The notes: generated by a model from the letters alone, not told the origin. A stretch of DNA of 47,149 nt from Proteromonas lacertae (GCA_002245135.1 NGBS01000589.1:186001-233149); one strand, 5' to 3'. Shown: positions 27,373 through 39,313, numbered from the stretch's first letter. Numbers and translations: made by a program.

Positions 27373-30335
27373 TTTACTTCTTCTTCTTAGGAGGAGGCTT
27401 CTTTTTAGGAGCATTCTTTTTTTATTCTTCCTCATATTCTTTCAACGCTTTCTCTCGAATTACACTTTCTTTCTCTTTTTCTTCTTCTATCAATAATATT
27501 CTTTCGATATTCTTCTCGTTTTAACCAATCATTTTCTAAATTATTACTTATATCTTGTCTTCTCTTTAAATATTCTTCTTTCTTTTCACTTATTGTCTAT
27601 TTTATTATATTAAATCATAATAAAATCATTAATATATACACTTTTAATCCATTTTCTTGTTTACTTTTCGCAAATCCTAATAGTTCAGTGTATTCTTTAT
27701 TTTCTTCATCCATAGCTTCTTTCGTTTCATTTACCATCGATTCTAAATTACTTTCTTTGATAGATATCAACTTCTTCTTCTTCTAAATATGTTGGAACTT
27801 CATTCACATCATTGTTCAAATAGATTGTTCGATTTTCTTTACCTTTTTCAAATCATAACAGATCTTCTTCTAACCATTTACTTAGATCTTTATTACGATT
27901 TACATCATCAACAGTATCTCGTTTTCTATTACAAATATTATTACATATTATAAACATTATAAATATACAAACTGATTCACATTCTACTATCCAAAATAAG
28001 CGATTTTCTTCTAAACTTGGCATGGCAATATAATCTTCTAGTGATTCATTACTCCTGTATTTTTACCTCCTTTCTTTAGCTGAAGATGATCCTTCTGCTT
28101 CAGGATTTGATAATTCTTCTTCTAATTTCTCTCGACTTATATGATGTAATCGTCAAGTCGATTCTAATTCATGAATTGTTTCACTGTTTAATCTCTCTTC
28201 ATCTAATCGACCTCGAATTATAAATGGACCTTTAAAACCTTCTTCTTTACCACTTACCAAATAAGGAAATTGATAGATTATTATTTCACCAATCCATTTA
28301 TATTTTTTCATCACTTTTCAATCTTCACTTGATCCATCTATTATTTCGATTATAAATGGTAAATTACTATCACTTAATAAATATCTCATCGTTAAATCAC
28401 TTACTCCACTGTTCAAACTAACTAGATCTTGTTATCACTTAATAGATGATGACAAATAGATTAATTTTCGATTGATTGAATTGGATTTACCACCTGTTTT
28501 TTCTTTACCTTTGGCAGGAGGTTTAGGTTTATTAGGTTTTTTATTTGGAGCTTTCGTTTGTTTAGCTTTATTAGCTTTTGGATCTAAAGCTGCTTTTCTA
28601 TCAGCATCTATTTCTGATTGTGTTTTTAATGGTATTGATGGAATAGGAAATGGTGATGATCTTTGTAAGTAATCCCACCATTCTTCGCCTTGACTGATTG
28701 CTGTAGGAATATAACTCTTTACATAAATCTGAATATTCACAAACAGCTGTTGAAAAGATTTTTCTTTTGTTTTACTAAATTCGTGTTTTGTTCTTTCTCT
28801 TTCTACTGGATCATAATTTGAATTGATTAAATCGGATAAATATTCATCTTCATCTACTAATTGCTGAGAATATAAACAATCTTCTTTCAATTTCTATAAC
28901 AAAGTATATTTTTACAGAAATAACATGATAATTTTTATGACATTACAATAATTATGTTTTCATTGCATCTTCTCTATAAAACATCTTTCTGAATGTTATA
29001 AGACATTCTAAAACAGGAAACACACATATTCCACTGTGCAGCATGTTTGCACTTATTCCAGCATATTTACTTTGAAATCCTACTTGATTACTTTCATCTA
29101 AATAATAATGTACCAATCGGGGAAAAAAAACATATAGGGAAATGGCGCAATGTGCTATTTCCCTTGATTGCACATTATTATAGTATTTGTAGTTTGTTTT
29201 ATAGATATGATTTAAACATAGTAAAAAAATAATAATAAAGTAATTCAATTCTTATCATTATTACTTATTGTTCACTTTGTTATATATTTCTTCATATCCT
29301 TATTCCATACTATTCATTACATTAATATTAATATTATATACTGTTATAGTAACATTTACCTATTTCATAATTACATACATACTTTTCATAATCACTTTTA
29401 CATATTTCTAATGCAGATTTATAATATTCCAATGCTTTTTCATATTCTTTCTATTATAATCATTATATTATATCATTATACAATATTGAAATAACAATCA
29501 CCTATATTATATCTGCAGTTATATTTTTGTTCATTTGTAGATGCATTTTCTAATGCAGACTTCAAATATTCTATTGCTTTATCATATTCACTCTATTATA
29601 ATCATTATATTATATCATTATACAATAAAAAAATAACAATCACCTATACGACCTCTACAATCATATTTTTGTTCATTTGTAGATGCATTTTCTAATGCAG
29701 ATTTCAAATAATCTATTGCTTTTTCATATTCACTCTATTATAATCATTATATTAAATCATTATACAATATAAAAATAACAAGCACTTATATGATATCTAC
29801 AATCATATTTTTGTTCATTTCTAACTGCACTTTCTAATGCACATTTAAAACATTCTATTGCTCTTTCATAATCTTTCTATGGAGTTTATATAACATAATC
29901 AATAGTCATACGGAATAAAAGTAATTAAATCCTTCTAGAAATTCATCATTGTAACTTGAAGGATAGCTTTCATTTGACTGTTTATTATAGACAGACAGTA
30001 TTTTATACTTTATCACTACTGATATTACATCTCATCATATTCATCATTTTGTATGAATCTGTTGTAAAACATCTCATTAATACTGATTTTGAAACAACAG
30101 GACTGAAGCTACTAACTCTAAACACTTTTATCAATTCTACATTCTATTCAATATAAATACACCAATACTGATCGAAAATTATTCACATTCCTTTTAAAAT
30201 ATCTTGGAATTGATTTTATCATCAATTTTTATAATAACGAATTTGGGTTATTCGAAATGTTTTTCATAAACCAAATATCAAATATCTCTTTATTTTCTTG
30301 TATAATCATGAATTTTAATTCATACTATATCAAAA
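27373..30335 (-). pseudogene. TPR-repeat gene, 5'-truncated copy with long K/P-rich C-terminal region
   Basis: Same TPR units, continuing into ORF 28435-28890 and a disrupted tail ending NAPKKKPPPKKKK-stop. Multiple stops and frameshifts. Confidence 0.55.
28716..30335. repeat. Direct segmental duplication copy 2 (about 1.62 kb)
   Basis: Near-identical to 25355-26978. Similarity stops abruptly after CATACTATATCAAAA near 30335. Confidence 0.95.
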
Positions 30336-30717
30336 ATATAATATAAATGCATGAAATCCTCTTTTATAGAGGATCCTCTTCTAAAAGAGGATTTTTAGAT
30401 CCTCTTTAAAAGAGGAAATATAATTTTTATAAAATCCTCTTATTAAAAAAGATGACAAATGAAAAATCCTCTATCGTAAACATAATATTATTGAAAAAAT
30501 TAGAAACCTCTATTGATGAATTATTAAAAATTCTTCGTTCCAATATGATAGCATCATACTAGAGGATTATAATTTTTATGTGTCTATCTGACCAGCCCCC
30601 CTGTGGGGGGGCCGATGGGGGGATGCCGGCGGGGTGGAGGACTAGACTATAGTATAGACTAGAACAGACTAAAACAAAAATAAGAATATAGAATCAGTAT
30701 ATAATATTAGAGGAAAT

Positions 30718-30873
30718 CTAATTATTGTATCCATAAGGAACTGTTTCATAATCATCCTCAAAGTATCTTTTATCATCAAAATATGTAAGTCCTATCTTTT
30801 CTTCATAAGCAGTATAGATATGATGATTTCTACTTCTAATATGATTAATACCAAACTTCTGTTTAGAAACATA
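30718..30873 (-). pseudogene. C-terminal fragment of Polinton/Maverick-type protein-primed DNA polymerase B
   Basis: Manual translation: YVSKQKFGINHIRSRNHHIYTAYEEKIGLTYFDDKRYFEDDYETVPYGYNN-stop. This matches the pPolB terminal motif IRS..H.IYT....K..L...DDKRY.......T.PYG. No upstream ORF. Confidence 0.8.
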
Positions 30874-30927
30874 TCAATCAAAATATGCAAAGTTTATTTT
30901 TTATTATGAAGTATAATATGTAAATTG

Positions 30928-30963
<36 letters not shown>

Positions 30964-31204
30964 TCCGCCGTTAGGCGAGCTACCCCCGAAGGGGGGTCAA
31001 TAGGGTCGCGCAGCGACCGATGTCGGCGCAGACGCTTCTTCGAAATCTTATTTTTCATTTTTCCTTCGCTTGATTATTTTTATGTTATTTATTAAAAATA
31101 TAGAACAAAATGAAATTGTTTATAACAATATAATTATGCTTTTTAGTATAGAGGAAAAACAAACAAAAGTCATTTCAAATTGAGGAATTATTATTATGAT
31201 TTAA

Positions 31205-31800
31205 TTAATGTGCTTTTTCCAGATCTTTGATCCTTTGTTCCACTGGCTTTAAACCTTCTTTGACTTTCTCTACATCTTTCTGTATTTCATCAATCTCATC
31301 CTCATAATCATCTTTAGCTTTCTTTAAGTCATTATACTGCTTTTTGTAGCTTTCTTTATCAGGAAACTGCTTTACATCAGTTGATTTATACTGCTCTTTA
31401 TACTTGCTCATTTCTTTTAATATTTCGTCCATTCTATCTGACTTTTTATAAGCCTTGTTCATCTGATTCTTTTTATATTTTAATAATTCATTCTTTAAGT
31501 ATTTGCAAGTATTAATACCAATAATATTTATATATTTAACATCTCGTCCAGTCTATGTCATTAAATACCAAAAATCAAATACAGGAGTAAAAGCTTTTTG
31601 ACCAATCATCCTCTTGCCTAAATTGCCTTCTAAAAATACAATCCCACATCTATTATTTATATCGAATAAAAATACGGCAGAGATTTTTCACCTAAATCAG
31701 TTTCATATAGTTTATATCCCTCAGTAGGTGAATATGATGTGGTTGTGATTTTATATCCTCCTAAATCAACACCATATACCTTATCAATCTTTGCAGACAT
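31205..31800 (-). pseudogene. Decayed gene with Hsp70/Hsp110-like N-terminal motif and coiled-coil C-terminus
   Basis: ATG at 31800 gives MSAKIDKVYGVDLGGYKITTTSYS...ETDLGEK, resembling GIDLG phosphate-1. Frameshifts and stops follow, then coiled-coil ORF 31205-31462. Confidence 0.35.
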
Positions 31801-32929
31801 GATTTAATAAAAAATACTCACAATTTTACTGTAGAGTATTTCAACTAGATATTTGTATCAATCACAAGTGTATAAACTATTAAATAAAAACCTGCTAATA
31901 TTTTTCTGTTCATCTTTGCTTAAATTGAGATATTTTCGATAAACATATAATATAGATTATTTTTATATATTTTGAATAGTATAATCATTAATATCCTTTT
32001 CTAAAAATTATAATACTCAATTAATCCATACACAGTATTTAGTTAAATGCGAATAATTTGATGTTAAAATTTTATAAACCTATTAAATATAATTTCTATA
32101 TACTCAAAAACTCATTTTCAGATCTATTAGACATAAAATGCATGAGAAAAAGAGCATTTTATATTCAAGCAAGTTTGTTGTTAGAATTTATTTATTTCAT
32201 TTACACACTTCAAATAAAGAATATAGTTTCTTTTGTTAATTAAAAACTGCATTTATTAAATAGATTTATAGAATAAACGTAAATATAAAACAAATTAATC
32301 TACTGTAAATATTATTATTATGGAGGAGTCAATTAATACAATAAATAAAAATACAAAAATATTAATGAACATATTTATGTATATATTATTATTTATAGTT
32401 TTATAAAAATAGAAGCAAATGCAAAGAGTCCAAATTAGAAATAAATACTAGTAAATATGAAAGAATAATAAGAGAAAATATAAATATGTATGATATGATA
32501 AAAGGATTATAAGAATTAGATTTAGAATATACTAAATATGTGTCTATAAAGTCATTGAAAACCATTAGAATGTTATTTAATACTTACAAAGACTTAATTG
32601 ATGAGGAATTAAAACATGACTTAAAAGAATATGAATTAATATTAATAGAACCTTCATTACATTATTTTCAATACAAAGAAATACAAGATAAAATAGAGGT
32701 ATTATTTATTTCATATTCATTTTTTAAACTGAATAGCATATACATCTTTGCTTGAAGTATAATTGTACACATAAAGGAATAGGTGATGTAGTGTATGAAA
32801 AGAAAAAAAAAGTTATGGAGTAATTCTAGATCAGAATGACAAAAACAAATTATTTGATATATATTCATTTAAAACAAATACAATAAATCAAGGAATAAAT
32901 AAAAGAGATTTATTAATTCAAAGTCTAAA

Positions 32930-34781
32930 CAAAAGAAAAGGAATAATTAATGGAATAAATGCAGATGGGAGTTATAATATTACATATATAGATGGTGGAT
33001 ATGATTTCAATGTAAAAGAAAATAATATTGAAATGGCAAAAGATCAAAAGATAAATCTTAAGAAAGAATCTTCAAAACAGTATTTTCTATTTGGTAAGAC
33101 AGTTAAAATAGGTGATTATTGTAGATTAAAATTTGATAATAGGGAATGTGATGTTCAAATAGTAAGAGTTGAAGATAAAATTAGTGTTAATTATAACAAT
33201 CAATATATATTCAATGATATTAATAAATCAAATATGAAGATGAGTAAATATAATCCTTCATTTAAAACCAAATACAAAATAATGGATGTTGTAGAAGTAG
33301 ATGAAACAAAAGATATAATATCACTTCCTTGTAATGTAATATATAGTAATGCAAAACAGAATGGATATATAATTGGTTATAATGAGCTAATGAATATTCC
33401 AATATTAGAAATTGAGTATATAAAGAGAATGGATATAAATGATTTTTTATATGAAAATCAATACATGAAAGGAGGTGAAGTGTTATACAGAGAGAATATA
33501 GATGGAAAAGAAAAATGGAATAAAGGTGTGATTAGTGAAGTTAATAATAGTTCATTATCTGTTTCATCAGACTATTCAAGTGATAAATTAGTCAGTTATT
33601 CAAATGTTCATCCATATTTAAATAAGAGTTATAGTATTTTTACTAAAGTGAATATTCATTTCAATGAGAATTGTATCTTACCAGGAATTGTATTATCATA
33701 TAGTCGAAATAATACATATGATATATTATTGTTAAATAAATATTTTCTTAATAATATTCCTGAATATATGATTAGTATGTCAAAATTTAAGATGAATGAT
33801 GAAGTGATGCTTATTCATAATAGAAAATTAATAACAATAAGAAATATTACATCAATTAATGAAAATGGGACTTACTCAATTACAGATAATAAACAATGTT
33901 ATGAAAATATATTACATGATAATATACTGTTATGTAAAGATAATAATTATAGAATTGGAATGACAGTCTCAGCAAATTATGGAAAGAATTTTTATAAAGG
34001 TAAAATAAATGAGATAAGATATAAGCTAAATGATCAATCACAATATGAATTACAATATGGAGTATTATATGATGATAATGATTATAAATATGTGAATGAA
34101 GATAATATTCATCCATATAATGATTCAAATACTTTATTAACTATTGGCGATAGAATAATAGATATAAAAGGAGAAAAAGGAAGAATAACAAAAGTACAAG
34201 AAGAAGATAAATATTATTCAATATTATGTGATGATAAAAGATATGAAGAAAATGTGTTATTGGAAAGAATAAGAAGAGATTCATTGAGAATGACTAACAA
34301 ATATAATATTGAGGATGTTGTTATAAAAGATAGAACAACTTATAAAGTGATATTTGTGCATTATAATAACAATTTATATGATATAGAGACTTATAGTAAA
34401 AATCCTTCAGTATCTTATAAAGTGAAAGAAGAAGAATTATCACCTAAAACAATAATAAACCATAAATATGAAATAAATGATAGAATAAAATATCAAAATC
34501 AAAATGGATTTATTCATTCAATAACAGGTGATAAAACATATATAATATACTTTAAAAATGGAAGTAAGTTTTACTATGTAAAAGATATAAGTGAGTATTT
34601 TTTAAAAAAGTTAGAAGAAGAAGAAAGTAAAGAAGAAATGATAGAATATTATATAGGTGAAGAGGTAGAAGCATTATTAATGTATAATGGAAAAGAAGAA
34701 TGGGTTAAAGCAACAATAAATGATTATGATAATCTTAAAAATGAATTTAGTTTAAAAGTAGGAAGTATGATTAATATATAA
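32930..34781 (+). CDS. Protein of tandem Tudor/Agenet-like beta-barrel repeats (5' region decayed, 3' end uncertain)
   Basis: Recurrent G.I..IN..G(S/T)Y.I.Y.D units (KGIINGINADGSYNITYIDGG, ITSINENGTYSI, KGKINEI...YGVLYDDND, KGRITKVQEEDKYYSILCDD). Upstream exons near 32320-32900 carry stops. Confidence 0.55.
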
Positions 34782-34976
34782 TAGAGGAAAAGAAAAACCA
34801 TGGATAGTTTAAAAATAAACAATTTACAGTAAAATCAATGTTTTTAGTTACATTTTGTAAACAATTTTACTAATTTGTAGTCAATTTAAGCTGATTTGTA
34901 GTCAATTTTAATCGATTAAACTCTCCAATTTAATATATTAAAAAAGTTAAAATATTAACTTGCTAAAGTGAATGTA

Positions 34977-34979
<3 letters not shown>

Positions 34980-35009
<30 letters not shown>
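34980..35009. repeat. (CT)n microsatellite
   Basis: About 15 CT units. Confidence 0.9.
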
Positions 35010-35013
<4 letters not shown>

Positions 35014-35238
35014 GTTTTTTCTCTACAGATAGCTGAGCCTGGGGGTAGGAACAGATAGGAACACACTATATTTATCTACTTTTCTACTGATAGAATATAT
35101 TGGAATATTGGAATTATAATTATTTTATTTTTTATAATACATGGTGGGATTTCACTAAAATTAATAAAAAGGTGTTTATAATATAATAAAATTATAATAA
35201 AATTATAATAAAATATACTGATGTTGTATTATAAAATA

Positions 35239-36117
35239 TTATAATGGATAGGCAAGATTAGACTCCATATACATAGTTTCAATAACACCAGGTAATAAAC
35301 ATTGTTTTTGATAACCTTCAATACTATCACTTTGTAAATGTAGATTAGGTTTATTATCATTCATCAATATAAAATGTGTTGGTATATATTCTGGTGGGTA
35401 TTGAGAATTATTATAAACTTGTAATGGGAATACTATACAATTACTACCATCATTAGGGTATGATTGTATAAGTCTATTATAATAATCACTTAATATAGAT
35501 TCATTATCATATAACTTTTTTAATAAATGATTATCATCTAGATAAATATCAATCAATTTTATATCTGATCTATCATTATAAATTAATTGATGCATATTAT
35601 AAATTTTGATTCTCATAAAATGAGTGAATAATGTAACTTTAATAGGTATCTGATCTATAATTGATGATGTATTATCTGTTCTAGTAACTTTTACAGTCCA
35701 TGTAGTATTTTGAATACTATAAGCCTGTGGGTTATATATATTTATTAATTTGATATGTTCATAGAGTGATTTATAATAACCATAACCTTCAGTATAATAT
35801 AGTTCTTCATCAGTATTATAATCATTGACACCTATAACTTTATTAATATCAGATAGTATATCATATGATTCATCAACTTTATCTTCTATAATTTTTGTTT
35901 TTATATTAGTATTATCATTTATTGGTTCATTAATATAAGTTGATATATTATTACTATCTACAGTTATAATAGGTGCTGGTATTTGTATCTTTTGTGATAT
36001 TGATGTTGCTAATGATTGAATATCTAGATCAATACTAATATTTTTTGATATCTCACTAGCAATCTCTTTTGTATCAATATCAATAATATTATTATTATTT
36101 CTATCACCAATAAACAT
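35239..36117 (-). CDS. Viral protein, paralog A (putative fibre/spike)
   Basis: Likely ATG at 36117 (MFIGDRN). Shares IPIK...F.HFM.IK.Y, YLD and YYN.L with the neighbouring ORF. Function inferred only. Confidence 0.5.
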   Translation of the reverse strand: MFIGDRNNNNIIDIDTKEIASEISKNISIDLDIQSLATSISQKIQIPAPIITVDSNNISTYINEPINDNTNIKTKIIEDKVDESYDILSDINKVIGVNDYNTDEELYYTEGYGYYKSLYEHIKLINIYNPQAYSIQNTTWTVKVTRTDNTSSIIDQIPIKVTLFTHFMRIKIYNMHQLIYNDRSDIKLIDIYLDDNHLLKKLYDNESILSDYYNRLIQSYPNDGSNCIVFPLQVYNNSQYPPEYIPTHFILMNDNKPNLHLQSDSIEGYQKQCLLPGVIETMYMESNLAYPL

Positions 36118-36223
36118 AATATGATAAATTACAAATATAAAAAATATAAAATCTATTAAATTCATCAAGAAATTTAAAACTGATTTATATATACGTATTA
36201 TTATTATTATTATTATTATTATA

Positions 36224-36895
36224 TTAAAAGAATTCTGTTATATTTGTATTCATATAATCTGTGAAGAATGTCTGTCTTGGTATTGCTAAATAATCTTGAT
36301 TAGGGTATTGATCAGCTACAATACATAATGTAGGTTGATTATTATTATTATTAACTAATGAATGTTTTATCTCATAATAAGGTCTATTAGTTAATGTATG
36401 ATAAGTATCTTTAACATTTGTTGCTCTAATGGGGAATAATTTATTAGAGTATAATCCTAACAGTATATTATAATAACGTCGTAAATATTCATCTCTACCA
36501 GGTTCTGCTTTGATGATATCATCTTCATCTAAATATAATTGATGACCTACATATCCACTATAATTACATGTAAATCCATCATATAATTTAATCTTCATAA
36601 AATGCTCAAACATCTCTATTTTGATTGGTATTTTAGTAATTTTAGTATCCCATACAGGTGATCCATTAACTAAATATTTTCTTTTCATAGAATAAAATGT
36701 ATGTTGTTTATGCAAACAATAAGGCCTTGGTATTATAGTACGAGGTATATCATTTACTACACTATTTATTGTATTACATACTGTTAGAATTTGATCTTTC
36801 ACTTCATCTAATTTATCTGTAATATTATTTGTAATATCATCTACTAATTTATCTTCATCTAATACATCAACTTTATTTCTATCCCCAATAAACAT
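36224..36895 (-). CDS. Viral protein, paralog B (putative fibre/spike)
   Basis: Starts MFIGDRN and is paralogous to 35239-36117. Confidence 0.5.
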   Translation of the reverse strand: MFIGDRNKVDVLDEDKLVDDITNNITDKLDEVKDQILTVCNTINSVVNDIPRTIIPRPYCLHKQHTFYSMKRKYLVNGSPVWDTKITKIPIKIEMFEHFMKIKLYDGFTCNYSGYVGHQLYLDEDDIIKAEPGRDEYLRRYYNILLGLYSNKLFPIRATNVKDTYHTLTNRPYYEIKHSLVNNNNNQPTLCIVADQYPNQDYLAIPRQTFFTDYMNTNITEFF

Positions 36896-36940
36896 TATTT
36901 TTTATTAATGAATATATATATATTTATATAAAAATATTAT

Positions 36941-37702
36941 TTAAGAAACTTCAGAATGGTCTTCTATCATAATATTAAAGTTTGCTCTAAAGACTTTTTT
37001 AACATTATCAATATATAAAAAATAGAATTGTGGTTTAGTGACTGCAAGATATAATTTTTTAAATGTTTCATACTCTGGGATCCATATATTTAATGAATTA
37101 TATAAATCAAATAGATTTCTATTACTTAACACATAAAATGTAAGACAATAATCAACTTGTGATCTAGCTGCTGGTACTATATCTGTTATATATTGACTGC
37201 TAATAATAATTTTTGATTTTAAATGTCTATTTTCTTTCATCAGTACAGGTATTATTGTTGATGTTTTTAATTCTAAACTGAGATCATCAAAAATCATAAT
37301 ATGCTCAGCATACGAATAATTGTCTTTATCTACATCATTTATTTCTTTCATCATTTTCTCTACCACATTTTCACCTGATTCTGGATCAATGAGTGAATCA
37401 TATTCATCATAATCAATTTCGTGATAATCGAGTAACTCTTTGATTGAATCATATAACTTGTCTTGTTTGATAGTTCCCACAAAGAAGTGAACATGTTGTT
37501 TCTCTTTATATTTTGGATCCAAGACATGTCTTAATATATTATAGATGAGAGTAGTTTTACCACTATTTTTACGAGCAACAATAAAAATATTGCAGAATGG
37601 CTCATTGAAATAATCATAACCAACTATCTTCTTAGGATTGAAATCTTCACCACCATCTACTGGTTCAACTTTTATGTTATTTATTTTTTCAAACTTAAAC
37701 AT
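36941..37702 (-). CDS. A32-like (FtsK/HerA) genome-packaging ATPase
   Basis: Walker A IFIVARKNSGKTT, Walker B IMIFDDL, Arg finger ENRH, IIISSQY, ARSQVDY and C-terminal FYFLYID. Confidence 0.9.
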   Translation of the reverse strand: MFKFEKINNIKVEPVDGGEDFNPKKIVGYDYFNEPFCNIFIVARKNSGKTTLIYNILRHVLDPKYKEKQHVHFFVGTIKQDKLYDSIKELLDYHEIDYDEYDSLIDPESGENVVEKMMKEINDVDKDNYSYAEHIMIFDDLSLELKTSTIIPVLMKENRHLKSKIIISSQYITDIVPAARSQVDYCLTFYVLSNRNLFDLYNSLNIWIPEYETFKKLYLAVTKPQFYFLYIDNVKKVFRANFNIMIEDHSEVS

Positions 37703-37762
37703 ATATATATATAAGTAAAGTAAATAAAAAAATAATAGAAATATTAAATTGTAATTAAATTT

Positions 37763-39313
37763 TTAAATCACCTTCTCTACACCTCTAGCAGAGATGATTA
37801 ACATCTTACCTGTTATGATATAGAACTTGTGATGATATGTCTTAGTTGCATTCATTAATACATTAGCTGTATTAAACTGACTATTACTTGCTTCGAATGT
37901 AATTTTTAAATCTCTACTCAAATCTCTACCTACTCTTTGTTTTATATCATCTAATACATCAGTCCCAAAATTTAATATATCGAAATAATGTTTAAAGAAA
38001 TCATTATATGTATGGCATCTTTCATAAAATGTACCTTTAATAATAGGATATAATTTTTCATATGTTTCTAAATTTCTTACATAAAGATAATCTGGTGTAC
38101 ATGGTGTATCATTTATTTGCCATTTAACTCTATCTTCATTTGTATCAAAAGGAACTATTTGCCTATTCCAACTTTCATTTTCATAACAACGATATATTAT
38201 ATATTTCACATATGGTCCTATGCTACTATTAATAGTAAAATTGTAATTGAATTTATTATCACCTTGAATACTATCTTTTACTAACTGAACTATATTAAAA
38301 TCAGTGAAATCTATTCCATGATGAGTAACATAATTAATTGTATTTGCATTACACTGAGTACTTTTGTTGTAAGCAATATATAACTTAGGATTTCTTATAT
38401 TCACTTTTAAATATTTACTTACTACATCTTGAATTATTTTTTCATTATGTTCTTCTGCATCATTATTCATATGCGCAGGATTTTTACTTGTATTTATAAT
38501 CCAATTATTTATTCCATTAAAGGTTATTGAAACATAAATTGTTTCACCAAAATATATATCACTTTTACATGATAATATAGTATTAAATAAATCACCAAAA
38601 TGAAAACGGCTATGTTTATTAATAGATAATTCTCTTGCATTTGCACCAGCAACAGCATTTGTAGGAATAAGTTCAACATTCTTTGCAAATACACCATAAG
38701 TAGGGTGTACGTTATTGTTATTACCATAGGTGCATAATAATAGATCAGTTAATTCATTTGATCTTCCTGCATATAAACCATCTACTGATACATGACATCC
38801 ATCAAACACTTCTAAATGATATTCAGTTGATTTAAGATCATCTGGATAATGATAAGCTAATTGATGCATTAAGTCTCTATATTCATTATAACTTTCGTCT
38901 ATATCACATAATACAGTTCCTGTTTTATTATATACTTTAACTGAATTAAAATTCATTGTATTTCTTAATCTAATAGCCCATGCATCATTAAGATTTAATA
39001 ATGCTATATTCGCTAGCATATCATTATTTAGTACAGGTTTTATTGTCCAAGGATTATTAGCAATATCTGTAAAATCTGCTGTATAAACTCGAGGCTCAAT
39101 GTGTAATGTAAAATCAAGATATGATTTTGCTAAGTTCATACAGCTATCTGGTGATAACTCAAATGTTATAGTATCAGTTGATGCTGTGTAACTTAAATTC
39201 ACTACATCTCTTGTTTGGTTTGGTGTAATAGGGATGTAAACATAATCAGGTATTAATGTTGGTACGACAGTATTATGCACTTGTGTTTGAGGTATTGTTG
39301 TTATGCTACTCAT
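37763..39313 (-). CDS. Putative major capsid protein (double jelly-roll)
   Basis: 516 aa, beta-rich, with N-terminal ITFELSPDSCMNLAKSYLDFTLHI (typical I.F....D..SYL.F pattern), located between the ATPase and the penton-like gene. Confidence 0.7.
   Translation of the reverse strand: MSSITTIPQTQVHNTVVPTLIPDYVYIPITPNQTRDVVNLSYTASTDTITFELSPDSCMNLAKSYLDFTLHIEPRVYTADFTDIANNPWTIKPVLNNDMLANIALLNLNDAWAIRLRNTMNFNSVKVYNKTGTVLCDIDESYNEYRDLMHQLAYHYPDDLKSTEYHLEVFDGCHVSVDGLYAGRSNELTDLLLCTYGNNNNVHPTYGVFAKNVELIPTNAVAGANARELSINKHSRFHFGDLFNTILSCKSDIYFGETIYVSITFNGINNWIINTSKNPAHMNNDAEEHNEKIIQDVVSKYLKVNIRNPKLYIAYNKSTQCNANTINYVTHHGIDFTDFNIVQLVKDSIQGDNKFNYNFTINSSIGPYVKYIIYRCYENESWNRQIVPFDTNEDRVKWQINDTPCTPDYLYVRNLETYEKLYPIIKGTFYERCHTYNDFFKHYFDILNFGTDVLDDIKQRVGRDLSRDLKITFEASNSQFNTANVLMNATKTYHHKFYIITGKMLIISARGVEKVI

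Noticed and set aside
30966..31040. GC hairpin cluster as a tRNA or a Helitron 3' end
   Set aside because: No cloverleaf or T-loop consensus, and no CTRR terminus at the expected distance.
34980..35009. (CT)n as a Polinton terminal (AG)n repeat
   Set aside because: The orientation is wrong for the left end of the element to its right, and no partner end or TSD is visible.
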